This document shows positions 1-11,315 of a stretch of DNA of 64,000 nt, piece after piece. Position 1 is the first letter of the stretch. Each line of letters begins with the position of its first letter. This stretch comes from Octopus vulgaris (taxonomy: Eukaryota): NCBI GenBank assembly GCA_951406725.2, contig OX597819.1:40920001-40984000 (forward strand). The letters run 5' to 3'. Under the pieces are notes generated by a model. That model saw only the letters and a program-made list of their open reading frames with translations, ran no database searches and was not told the DNA's origin. The position numbers were made by a program, and so were the translations under genes.

Positions 1-1030
1 CTGGCGGATATCTTGTACTAAAGTCAAAATGAAACTAATTCGCACAAATTTGGTGTTTATTATAATTAATTTGATAAATTAAAAAGAAAATATGTGTATT
101 TTGTAGCGTTAGTACCTACAGACGAATAAATACTTTTTTTTTTAACAATGAATGAATGTTTTGTATTGAGCCAATTTTAACTTTGTAAGTTATTTCCGTT
201 ACTTTGCGAATGAATAACCAAATGTGCGTGAGTGCGCGCACGCTTTTATGCGAGGACTCGTTTATGGTAATATTCGTTCAATTTTTTTTTGTGGTGGTCG
301 TGGTGGGCGCTTGGTGAATCATTACTTTCAAATCGATCTCACTTTTCTAGACTATTAACTCCATCTTTCTCACTGATTATAATAATATCTGATCTCATCT
401 CAGTGTCTTATCTATGTATACACACACACACACGTCAACTCTAACATATCGAGGAACACTGTCTTACCTCCACTTCACTTCTAACGTACACACTACACAC
501 CATCCTCCTACACTTCACTGTCCACACTACTACATTCTCAAACTTGCACATCTCCGCGCACCACCATCCCCGAAACTGCTTGCACCTCATATCATCACAC
601 ACACACACACCACTTCTCCCGGTCCTCAACACTCAAATATTCACCTTTTTATGCACACTCCATCCCCCATCCCCTTTCCTCCGTAACTCACACCCACTAG
701 GGAACTGCATTCGCACCGGACCTCTAACCCCCTTTTCCAAACACCTTTTTTTTCACTCGTTTTATTTTTCCATACCACCTCTGCTGATTCTTTTATTCTT
801 TTCTGATGAATGACTAGCGTCCGAAACATCATGATACCTTTCTTTTTAAGCGTTAAATTAATACAGTAAAAACCTGTATCTCTGTCACGTATTATTTTCC
901 TTGCGTGTTCATTGTCTAATACACTTCAGTTCGCCCAATTCTAAAATCTCTCTAACTAGAGTGATAAGACAAATGAGTAAATATAATTTAAAAAAAAACT
1001 TGTGTAACAGGTTATGCTACTGTTAGATTG

Positions 1031-1458
1031 GGATCTTTTCGGTTTGAACGGCAGTTTTTTCTACCGGTGTCATACGAAATTGTCACCCATAAGTATGACC
1101 CTAGTATCGATCTATTGCATTTCAATCTATTTTAGGGTTAAGGTTAGTTAGGGTTAGGGGTGTGGGGAAGGGTATCTTTTTTTTCTTCACAAATGTAAAT
1201 AAACCCAATCTGTTTCTTAAACGAGGGACATATTCATACGGCACAGACTGTTTATAACCTCAATAGACGTAATTGATTGGTTGAAATTGCAGAAATTGAA
1301 GAAAAAAAACAACAAATATCTTACAAACTATAGAATTTTCTCAATAAAGCCAGGATAAAAAGATGTTTTATAAACACATTCTACCAGTATACGAAGTTTT
1401 AAAATTTTTAGTTACCTAGAAATTATGTTAAAAACTGCCGTTCAAACAGAAAAGATCC
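1031..1458. mobile_element. MITE-like non-autonomous DNA element, ~430 bp, copy 1
   Basis: ~28-bp terminal inverted repeats GGATCTTTTCGGTTTGAACGGCAGTTTTT / AAAAACTGCCGTTCAAACaGAAAAGATCC; internal TTAGGG-like tract; no ORF; near-identical copies at 1510 and 5232. Confidence 0.85.
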
Positions 1459-1509
1459 GAAAGTTATTTATTTTACTATGTGAATTCCACATAGGGTAGT
1501 AATAGATTG

Positions 1510-1924
1510 GGATCTTTTCGGTTTGAACGGCAGTTTTTTCTAGCGGTGTCATATGAAATTGTCACCCATAATTATGACCCTGGTTCGATCTATTACATTT
1601 CAATCTATTTTAGGGTTAGGGTTAGTTACGGTTAGGGTTAGGGGTGTGGGGAAGGGTATCTTTTTTTCTTCACAAATGTAAATAAACCCAATCTGTTTCT
1701 TAAACGAGGGACATATTCATACGGCACAGACTGTTTATAACCTCAATAGACGTAATTGATTGGTTGAAATTGCAGAAATTGAAGAAAAAAACAACAAATA
1801 TCTTACAAACTATAGAATTTTCTCAATAAAGCCAAGATAAAAAGATGTTTTATAAACACATTCTACCAGTATACGAAGTTTAAAAATTTTTAGTTACCTA
1901 GAAATTATGTTAAAAACTGCCGTT
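1510..1924. mobile_element. MITE-like element, copy 2 (tandem to copy 1, right TIR truncated)
   Basis: Near-identical to 1031-1458 including the left flank TAGATTG; right TIR stops at AAAAACTGCCGTT. Confidence 0.85.
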
Positions 1925-4258
1925 TTTGACCTAAGAATGTTAACTTAAACAATGAAACAAATTAAGTGTGACAGGCGACCTCAAGAATTTCTCAGTGCCA
2001 ATGCCGAGAACGATGGAGAGGATCTCGTAGAAAAATTTAGGCTAAGGTTTCAGTTCCTGGTTAAAAATCCAAGAAACGATCTCTTACACTTGTATGAAAT
2101 TACACTAGATAACGTTAAAACGGCGAGTTTACAAAAAAGAAGAAAAAAAACATTCTAAAACTGCAAATATTAGCACTTTGTTGTCATTTTGTATAATCCC
2201 CAAGTTGTACATTTAGATACCTTCCATCCTTACAGTTTTTTGATGATGTAATTTATGAGTAACTCGAAAAGTTGGTCTGTATTAAAATCTTTTGCATGGA
2301 TTGTATCTACCCAAACAATTTGAGGACTAGTTTACGTGAATATTGTTCATTATCTTTCTTCCGTTTTCCTTCTCTCTTTGATGATGTGAAATAGATAAGA
2401 TAATTTGCTTTCCATTAGGTATACATACGATCTTTCGCAGAGCATTAGGGGTTAGACGTTTTTGCTTCCACATGCAGTGTGCCGTTCGCTTTCTAGCAAA
2501 TAGCACGTCCTAACAGGCATACATATTATTAAGGATTCGCCAGCTTTATCATTGTCATTCTCCTTTTACCACAGTTAAACAGCCGACTACTACAGACAGT
2601 CTTTTTTTGTATAACTACCCTATGTGGAATTCACATCCTCTCCTTTTGAACATAAATTAGCTGCAACAAGGAAGTGTATGAAACTCTACTACTGTGATGA
2701 AGACGTGGATCGTTAGTTCCAGAGAGGAGTAAATTGACTCAGGATGTTTGGGACAAATTAACTGTCGAAACATTTTAGAGTATCTTTCTGGAACAGTCTG
2801 ATCAATATTCTAGTTCTCACTTTTTGTGGGTGCAAAATTTCTTGAGAATGAGTCGACTCTTTGGTAAACGTTGGTGGATTACTTATCTCAGCTGAGCTCC
2901 GGATATCCTTTGCTGATAGATTTGGAACTGATGTATGTGGAAAGAGAAGGGAATTCAGTACAGGCTTGAAGCCTGGGCTTACCATGCATTTGTCCTAAAG
3001 GCCTATCGTAAATTTATGTATTCTTTGATTGTGCATGTAGGGGCTCCAATACATTGTTTTCGGGAGGTGGGGTGGGCTATAATACTGTTAAGGCGGCCCT
3101 GTGAAAACGAGCTATCGATGTAGTGAGCTGCTCGGTTTCAGAGTTCGTTGTCGGGTGTGATGTTAATTAAATGTAGGTCGCTTTGCATGCCACAACGAAA
3201 TAAACTCAATAATTAAGCGAGCCCTAGGAAAATATTTCCTCAATTCTGAAGCGAGTGAGATTATTCAGGGATGTTTGTAAAAACTCGATGTGATTATTGT
3301 TTGCCCTTATATGGGACCAGTGACCACGTGTGAAATATTCTGTCGTTTTGGAAATTTGGTAATGGCTACCGCATCACAACCACATAATATCGTGATTAAA
3401 TAATTTCTGCAGCATCTCTGTCAATACAAACCAGAAGCAGGGGGAACCTTTGTATAGTCACTTGATCTTTCAGAAATAGCAACCAGATTATTTCAAATCA
3501 TAACATATTGTTAAAAAAATGAAAGGGTACACTGGACAATGTAGATGTACGAAAAAGACCTGATGAGCTTGGCTGGAATACATTTGATTATATATCTGTC
3601 CGATCAAGGCTTACCGGGGGCTAAACAGCAACTCTATCAATAGGAACCTGATGAGTTATGAAGGCATTTTAATCAAAATGGTAAAATGTGATTTGAGGGT
3701 GTTTGGGCTGCCAGTTCTAGCTGGTCAAGCGACCTCCAGAAAGCTCTCCCTTGCCAAATAGTAAATAATAGACAGAATTAAATATTTTTCGTTTTATGGT
3801 CAGGGGTATCCAGTAACGTCCAATCAGTCCTGTTGAATTCGAAGAAGAAAGAAGCAAAAGTTGTCGCAGTACAAGTGATATAGAATAGCTACGATTGAGA
3901 GGGGAAACTAACTTATTAGTTCCTCTCTTATGGGACTCCATCAATCAATGTTGGCCATACATCTTTACATGTATATGCAGATCGGTTGCAAGGTTTTTTT
4001 GAGGAAGACAAACAATTGCCCATGCATGCAAGATTCTTCTCTCCACACTACCGATGTTTAACTATAGGTATTGACGCTGGCTTAGACAAATTCAGCTTAG
4101 TACCAGTTTCGTAGTAGGCGTTGCTATCAGAATGCAAAGAGCCAGAGCAGATATCGTAAGGCACCTCGCTAGGCACTGCGACAGTTTGTCCTGCGCCAAC
4201 AATTTATTCTTCGTAGTGATAATTAAGTCAGTTGTCAACGGCATAAATGGATTTTGGA

Positions 4259-4737
4259 TCTCTTTTACTCTTTTACTTGTTTCAGTCATTTGACTGCAGC
4301 CATGCTGGAGCACCGCCATTAGTCGAGCAAATCGACCCCAGGACTTATTCTTTGTAAGCCTAGTACTTATTCTATCGGTCTCTTTTGCCGGGCCGCTAAG
4401 TTATGGGGACGTAAACACACCAGCATCGGTTATCAAACGATAGTGGTGGTGGTGGTGGTGGTGGGGGGGCAAACAGACATAAACACATACACATGTGTTT
4501 ATGTCTGTTTGTCCCCCCCCCACTAAGTGATGTTGGGGGACAAGCACACACACACATACATACATACATATATACGACGGGCTTCTTTCAGTTTTCATCT
4601 ACCAAATCCATTCACAAGGCTTTGGTCGGCCCGAGGTAATAGTAGAAGACACTTGCCCAAGGTGCCACGCAGTGGGACTGAACCCAGAACCATGTGGTTG
4701 GTAACCAAGCTACTTACCACACAGCCACTCCTGCGCC
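4259..4737 (-). mobile_element. tRNA-derived SINE family A, full length
   Basis: Reverse complement begins GGCGCAGGAGTGGCTGTGTGGTAAG (A-box-like) with GGTTCAGTCCC (B-box-like); tail ...GACTGAAACAAGTAAAAGAGTAAAAGAG; many copies in window. Confidence 0.85.
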
Positions 4738-5231
4738 TGCCCATTCCCTTTCAAAGAGTTTTCTTCTGTTTGGAGGTAAGTTGAAAATGTTCCGCCAAAT
4801 TCATCAAACAGTCTAATGACATTTTGTAAAGGTGTCGCATTATTACATTTCCTTGCTTCAGCAACAACTACCATTTAATAACAATCTATCTATTTGCCAT
4901 AATCTTTTGACAGTCGACTCTTCCATGGTTGTAGCTTTCGTTTTTGTCTATCAGCCCTGTCAGCTATTTAAAAAATATAAAGCTATCCTTTTATTAATAG
5001 AGGTGTTGAGATAACTGAAGACGATAACGATATCAGCCAAGTATATCAGTTCGGATAACCTCTAGACATCTTGGAACAGTTATGACTAACTTTTGGTTTT
5101 CTCCTGTGGAAACTTGGCTTGTTCGTTTCGTAGCTCAAATACCTTTTGCAGGACAACAATAACGAGTGTACAACCGATATGAAGTGCTTATGATCTACAC
5201 TTGTGTCACATAATGTAGCGAAGTGTCTTGC

Positions 5232-5647
5232 GGATCTTTTCGGTTTGAACGGCAGTTTTTAACATAATTTCTAGGTAACTAAAAAATTTAAAACTTCGTA
5301 TACTGGTAGAATGTGTTTATAAAACATCTTTTTCTCTTGGCTTTATTGAGAAAATTCTATAGTTTGTGAGATATTTGTTGTTTTTTTTCTTCAATTTCAG
5401 CAATTTCAACCGATCACTGATGTCTATTGAGGTTATAAACATTCTGTGCCGTATGAATATGTCCTTCGTTTAAGAAACAGATTGGGTTTATTTACATTTG
5501 TGAAGAAAAAAAGATACCCTTCCCTCCACCCCTAACCCTAACCCTAAAACAGATTGAAATGCAATAGATCGATACTAGGGTCATAATTATGGGTGACAAT
5601 TTCATATGACACCACTAGAAAAACTGCTGTTCAAACCGAAAAGATCC
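5232..5647. mobile_element. MITE-like element, copy 3 (opposite orientation)
   Basis: Both TIRs intact; body is the reverse complement of 1031-1458 (CCCTAA repeats near 5530). Confidence 0.85.
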
Positions 5648-6013
5648 GTGTTTTGCATTTAAAGCATTTGTTTTACTTGGTTCTCAATTATCCCAATCTC
5701 ATTGTGTACACTATTTAGTTCTGTTTTGTTGCATGATTATTTTTCTGTGAAGGAATCAGTGTGTCGACTTGCCATCAAGGATAAGTGTCTTGATCTGAAT
5801 AACCACACCTGAGTACCTCTATCACTGTAGCAGCGCCATCAGAACATATACCGACCTGAAACTTGAAATTCAGCTTTACATTTGTAAAGGATGTATCGTG
5901 CAGTCTTGAATACCTCAGAATAGTTGTTTCTATAAGATAACTTTTGCCGAAATGCTAAGTCGCGGGGACGTAAATACACCGACACCGGTTGTCGAGCGGT
6001 GAGGAGTGGGATA

Positions 6014-6054
<41 letters not shown>

Positions 6055-6367
6055 TACTTGTTTCAGTGTTTAAGTAAATTAGAACAGATGGATACTAATG
6101 TGTCCATCTGTTCTAATTTAATTAAATTCTATGTCTTTGTGCAGCTGAAGATTGGTCTGCATTGTAAATTGATGTAATGATTGCATTGGAATTGCATGAA
6201 ACGATCGTACTGCATCACCTATGTATATCCTTGTTGCTTATTTTGATTTTAATCACCTTACTTTGAAATTGCATGGATAATACCGTACTAAATTCTGGTG
6301 CCTTAACTTAAGTACCATATTCATCTGAATCTAAATTTTTGCTGAACTCATCTACCTATACCCAAAG

Positions 6368-6418
<51 letters not shown>

Positions 6419-6469
6419 AACGAAAGAAACCGTGCTCGATAATTATATTCTATGATATATATATATGTA

Positions 6470-6627
6470 TACGACTGGCTTCTTTCAGTTTCCGTCTACC
6501 AAATCCACTCACAGGGCTTTGGTCGGCCCGAGGCTATAGTAGAAGACATTTTCCCAAGGTGCCACGCAATGAGACTGAATCCTGAACATGTAATTGGGAA
6601 GCAAGCTTTTTACCACGCAGTCACGCC
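6470..6627 (-). mobile_element. SINE family A, 5' part
   Basis: CTTTCAGTTTCCGTCTACCAAATCCACTCACA...GGTGCCACGCA matches family A. Confidence 0.7.
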
Positions 6628-6794
6628 TAAAAAAGAAAAAAGAAAAAAAAGAAACTCTTCATTGAAATCGCCTTCATGTGCAAAGCTCTCTTTCACTGTC
6701 AAAACTGCAACGTCTATGCATAGACATATGTGCATTGTAACTATTTTGTCAGTATACTACAACGTTAAGGAAATAGTATAGAATGTAGAGTGAA

Positions 6795-7290
6795 GGTATG
6801 TGAGTTAGTCGTTAGGGTATTCGGCTCATGCTTAAGATCTTGATTTCGATACACGACAGCGCAATCGTGTCCTTGAGCAAGGCATTTTACTTCACGTTGA
6901 TCCACTCAACTCAGCTGGCAAAAATGAATAGTACTTCTATTTCAAAGGGCAGGCCTTGTTGCATTCTGTGTTACGCTGAATCTCCCTGAAAACTGCGTGT
7001 GTCTGTGGAGTGCTCAGCCATTTGCACGTTAATTTCACGAGCAGGCTTCGTCTGTCTTTATGGTCTGAGTTCAAATTCCGCCGAGGTCGACTTCGCCTTT
7101 CATCCTTTCGGGGTCGACAAATTAAGTAACAGTTGCGTACTGGATTCGATCTAATCGACTATCCACCCCCTACCTAAAGATTTTGGGTCTTGTGCCTAGA
7201 GTAGAAAAGAATTTCCCGAGCAGGCTGTTCCTTTGATCGGATAAACTGGAACCCCAGTCCTGGTAACCGACAGAGTGCCAATAGGTGTCC
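6795..7290 (+). mobile_element. SINE family C-related copy interrupted by a 5'-truncated SINE family B copy (7048-7209)
   Basis: Body GTGGAGTGCTCAGCCA.TTGCACGTTAATTTCACGAGCAGGCT matches 49940-49985; insert flanked by 17-bp TSD AATTTC(A/C)CGAGCAGGCT at 7031-7047 and 7210-7226. Confidence 0.75.
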
Positions 7291-7939
7291 TACGGTCGAA
7301 TGGTTTAGAAGTTCGCCTCGCAACCACGATGTTCCGGGCTCGATATTACAGCGTGACATATGAAAACGGATCGATGGATGGTTTATATCTATAATTTAAA
7401 AGTACAGCTGTGTCAGTGTGTCACGCTAATTCTGCCAGAGAATTACATAAATGCAAAAGTGATCTGACAGAATAATAACCAGGCTGGAAAATAAGTCTTG
7501 GGGTCGATTTGTTCGATTTAAAACCCTTCAAGGCGGTGCCCCAGAATGACCGCAGTTAAAAATGACCGAAACAAGTAAAAAAAGAAATTATATAGCAAGT
7601 TAAAAAAGACAAAATATAGCTTCACGTTGTAATAGACAAGGGACAAAACCTTAACATTCGGTACTTGAAATTATCCCCCTTGGATTTTGATGCACGTATT
7701 ACTATCTTGGTCAGAGATATTTAACCATGTGTTTTAAGGTTGTGTGTTTTATTACTGATATCGTTTTATTTGAAGCCTATCTTTTTGAGTAAGTTAGCCA
7801 TTCTCCACTGCAACGTTAACGCGGTCATTATCACGGGATGCAACTGAGCACACGATTTGTTCCGGAATACGTACATACATACATACATACATACATACAT
7901 ACATACATACATACATACATACATACATACATGCATACA

Positions 7940-8415
7940 TGTCGGAAGGATAATCCCGTGGATAAAGAAATAAGAACCCACAATTTGGTAGAAGCCATAG
8001 TCACTCATAATGAGAAAGAATACTAGTGGAATGTACCAGTGAAGACCTCACAGATACACTCCGTGTATCTGTGTGTAAGTACAACAATCCTGATATAATG
8101 ATTTGGGATAGAGAAAAGAAGCTGCACAGTTGTGGAAATTAGTGGCCCAGTGGATGTTAATATAAAGTTGAAAATCAGTGAAACACCTTTACTGAACTAT
8201 TGAGAAATCTGCAGTTTCTCTATCCAGATTACAAGTTCAGGTTTATACCTGCAGTTATTGGGACCCTGGGATATGTAACACACTGCCTAAATACCAATCT
8301 TGATAAATTAGGCTTCTCAAAACCAGAAGGAAGAAAGCTAATTCGAAGACTACAGATCCAATCCATCACTGGAACTGTAAAAATCTGTAAGACTTTCCAG
8401 AAGTTTATCATTTAA
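7940..8415 (+). pseudogene. 3' end of an RLE-type non-LTR retrotransposon (R4/Dong-like), restriction-like endonuclease fragment
   Basis: Frameshifted translation NNPDIMIWDREKKL..VVEISGPVDVNIKLKISE ... FIPAVIGTLGYV ... LQIQSITGTVKICKTF resembles PD-(D/E)xK RLE C-termini; begins right after (ACAT)n. Confidence 0.7.
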
Positions 8416-8870
8416 ATATATATGATCACGTCTAGATATGTAACTATATGCATGAGAATGCATACATAAAACATACAAATCTATACGTACATACATACAT
8501 ACATACATGTACTCTCTCCATTTTTTACCTCTTATTTCTTTATGTCGAATAGCGTAGGCACAGAACGCCAAAGACTTTTCCATTTTCCCAACCCTCAAAC
8601 TAATACACCTGTTTGTAGTTCCCTCATCTGTCTCAGTCTTTTTTGTTTTGTACACACATACATACATATTTGAGTAATTGAATGAATTATCTTATTAAGG
8701 ATAATTCGAAAGATAACCGATACCTGGGTAGCACATTCACATCAGAAAGAACACGGTTAAAGCTACGTCCATAGGGCATAGACTACGTGTCTTCGTGCGG
8801 AAATTTGTATGTTTATTTTAAAATTATAAGTATATGAAAGAATGGAGTTGAACGACTAGTTAACAAATAT

Positions 8871-8965
8871 CCTTTATTCTCGACATATGTTTCGAAGGCT
8901 GCATATTCCTAATTCCGAAGGAATAAGGAGTACATTATGCAGATTTCTCATCAGGAAAATCAAGG
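8871..8965 (-). ncRNA. Type-I hammerhead ribozyme motif (left arm of palindrome)
   Basis: Minus strand: stem I CCTTGATTTTC, core CTGATGA, stem II GAAATCTGCATA...TATGCAGCCTTC, GAA-ACATATGT-C (palindromic stem III, GUC site), stem I' GAGAATAAAGG. Confidence 0.8.
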
Positions 8966-9106
8966 AACTTATGTCGACATCAAAATGCACAAAGAACTTT
9001 TAGCTGACCGCTCTCAAGGAGCCCATGGCGATAATCTTATTATCGCCATGGGCTCCTTGAAGCGGTCAACTAGAAGTTTTTGTGCATTTTGATGTCGACA
9101 TAAGTT

Positions 9107-9200
9107 CCTTGATTTTCCTGATGAAAATCTGCATAATGTACTCCTTATTCCTTCGGAATTAGGAATATGCAGCCTTCGAAACATATGTCGAGAATAAAGG
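9107..9200 (+). ncRNA. Type-I hammerhead ribozyme motif (right arm of palindrome)
   Basis: CTGATGA at 9118-9124, GAAACATATGTC ending at 9189 (predicted cut after C9189), stem I 9107-9117 with 9190-9200; lacks the G at the base of stem II that the left copy has. Confidence 0.75.
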
Positions 9201-9257
9201 ATATTTGTTAACTAGTCGTTCAACTCCATTCTTTCATATACTTATAATTTTAAAATA

Positions 9258-9511
9258 TACATACATACATACATACATAGATACATACATACATAGATAC
9301 ATACATACATACACACACACATACATACACACATACATACATACATACATACATACATACATACATGCTTACATACATACATACACACACACACATACAT
9401 ACATACACATACATACATACATACATACATACACACATACATACATACATACACACACATACATACATACACACACACACATACATACATGCATACACAC
9501 ACATACATACA

Positions 9512-9540
<29 letters not shown>
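9258..9540. repeat. (ACAT)n/(AC)n compound microsatellite
   Basis: Direct reading; one of dozens of (TA)n, (CA)n, (ACAT)n, (ATCT)n and (GA)n tracts in the window. Confidence 0.95.
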
Positions 9541-9544
<4 letters not shown>

Positions 9545-10439
9545 TTCCATTAGGGAAAAATATGGTAGAGTATGATAATTTATTTCAGCTGTTCTTGTTG
9601 GTACTCTGAAAGGTGGGAAGGTGAAGTAGTGAACTGTGACATGTCTTAACAAGTTAGAGAGTGATATAATGAAACGATGATGGGATGAAATGAGTTTACG
9701 TGGGAGAAAGGGAATAAGTAGCCAAGAGCCATGCCGAAATTAAATCAAAATATCAAAACAAATATAGAAAATGGTGTATGAAGACTGTATTCTGGGATAG
9801 TGAAAACATTTGAGCATTGCAGTGAACAGTGGATACTTAAAACTGAAGTTTCTTCGACGTCTAATCTATTTTTCGGTAAGTGTAAAGTAGATAAGGAAAA
9901 TAGTCTACTTTTCATAACAGTATATGGACGGGGACAATATTTTATCAAAGAGATTATAATTGTTATATATAGGAATATGCGTATATATCTAATTTTAAAA
10001 TATCGTTTAAACTAAAGAGGTGGTTATACCACAAAATATCGCCGTTTATCCCAATTTTTACGTTTATAAAGACTGGTATTATTTTCTATGTGAAGAATTT
10101 TGTCTGTAAAACCACTTTTTTTATACTCCCTCGTGTTTATGAAAAGCTTTGTTAAAGGTTCTCCCTCCCTTCGGAAGATATGCTGTATAGTTGTTTGTTA
10201 ATATTATTTACGATATTTCTTCAAATTGCATAGTCATGACAAGATAGTAAAGTGCGCTTCGCCGTGAACTTGGTAGGCAAAAATTGTATATAAAACCATC
10301 GTGCGTTTGTGTGTGTGTATGTGTGTGTGCGTGCAAGCATATGTGTTTGTATGTGTACATCTTTGTATTTGTATTTTTTCCCCGCCACTTCGGTTCTAAT
10401 ATGCTCCCGCAATGATATTCCAAGCATAGAATTTTCTGT

Positions 10440-10875
10440 GACCCTCTGTGTCGTAGCTAGTCACCGTTCTTCTTTCTCCGTTGTGGGTTACGACTCACTA
10501 GTGTATAAGAGTGTATGATCTCGGACGGTGATATTGAAGAGATTGGTAAGCAGTATCTTGTTAAGCTGTGCTCTGTACACATCTTTAATCGAGGCAAATA
10601 CCTTTCACACTGCTCTCACTCTGATTGAGATTTCAATGTTCGTGTATGGACGTATGTTTGCTGTCTGTCCTAAGTATATATACTCCTTCCCCGCCTCAAT
10701 TTCATCACTTTCCACCACTGTTCAACCTTGAGCTGCATTTTCAGACAGCATATATTTTGTTTTCATGCAGTTTACTTTGAGTCTTACTGAACGCTGGATG
10801 TCCACTTCTGTAACATTCGAGGTTTCTGCGATGAGCACAATATCATCAGCGAATCGGAGGTCAACGTTGATGTTG
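10440..10875 (-). pseudogene. Degenerate RTE-like LINE reverse transcriptase fragment
   Basis: Minus-strand translation NVDLRFADDIVLIAE...KVNCMKTKYM...EYIYLGQ (RT F/YADD motif and YLG motif), with stops. Confidence 0.7.
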
Positions 10876-10937
10876 ACGCCATTAAAAGTTCACCTTCTTG
10901 GGAAGTCTGTATTGTGCATCGAGTCCTTCTTCATCTC

Positions 10938-10996
<59 letters not shown>

Positions 10997-10999
<3 letters not shown>

Positions 11000-11260
11000 A
11001 ACATCGGTTGTCAAACGATAGTGGGAGGACAAACAGGCATAAACACATACATACATACACACACATACATACAGACACATACATACACACACATACATAC
11101 ATACATACATACATACATACGACGGGCTTCTTTTAGTTTCCGTCTACTAAATCCATTCACAAGGCTTTGGTCGGTCCGAGGCTATAGCAGAAAACACTTG
11201 CCCAACGTGCCACGCAGCGGGACTGAATCCGGAACCATGTGGTTGGGAAGCACACAGCCA
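10997..11260 (-). mobile_element. SINE family A, partial
   Basis: Matches the 4259-4737 family. Confidence 0.75.
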
Positions 11261-11270
11261 CGTAAGTATG

Positions 11271-11315
<45 letters not shown>

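Larger units (their letters stand above)
8814..9257. repeat. Near-perfect DNA palindrome, ~220-bp arms, 3-nt loop CTT at 9036-9038
   Basis: Left arm is the reverse complement of the right arm, with about 5 differences. Confidence 0.95.

Noticed and set aside
1130-1165. TTAGGG tract as a true telomere or chromosome fusion site
   Set aside because: Short, degenerate and internal to a multi-copy MITE
3560-3660. CTGATGA at 3560 and 3648 (also 44584, 47639 and 63302)
   Set aside because: No properly spaced stem II plus GAAA and no stem I pairing; chance matches
9205-9652. Numerous ORFs rich in YI, HT, CV, MYVC or LSIY repeats (here and throughout the window)
   Set aside because: They are translations of (TA)n, (CA)n, (ACAT)n and (ATCT)n microsatellites, which lack stop codons
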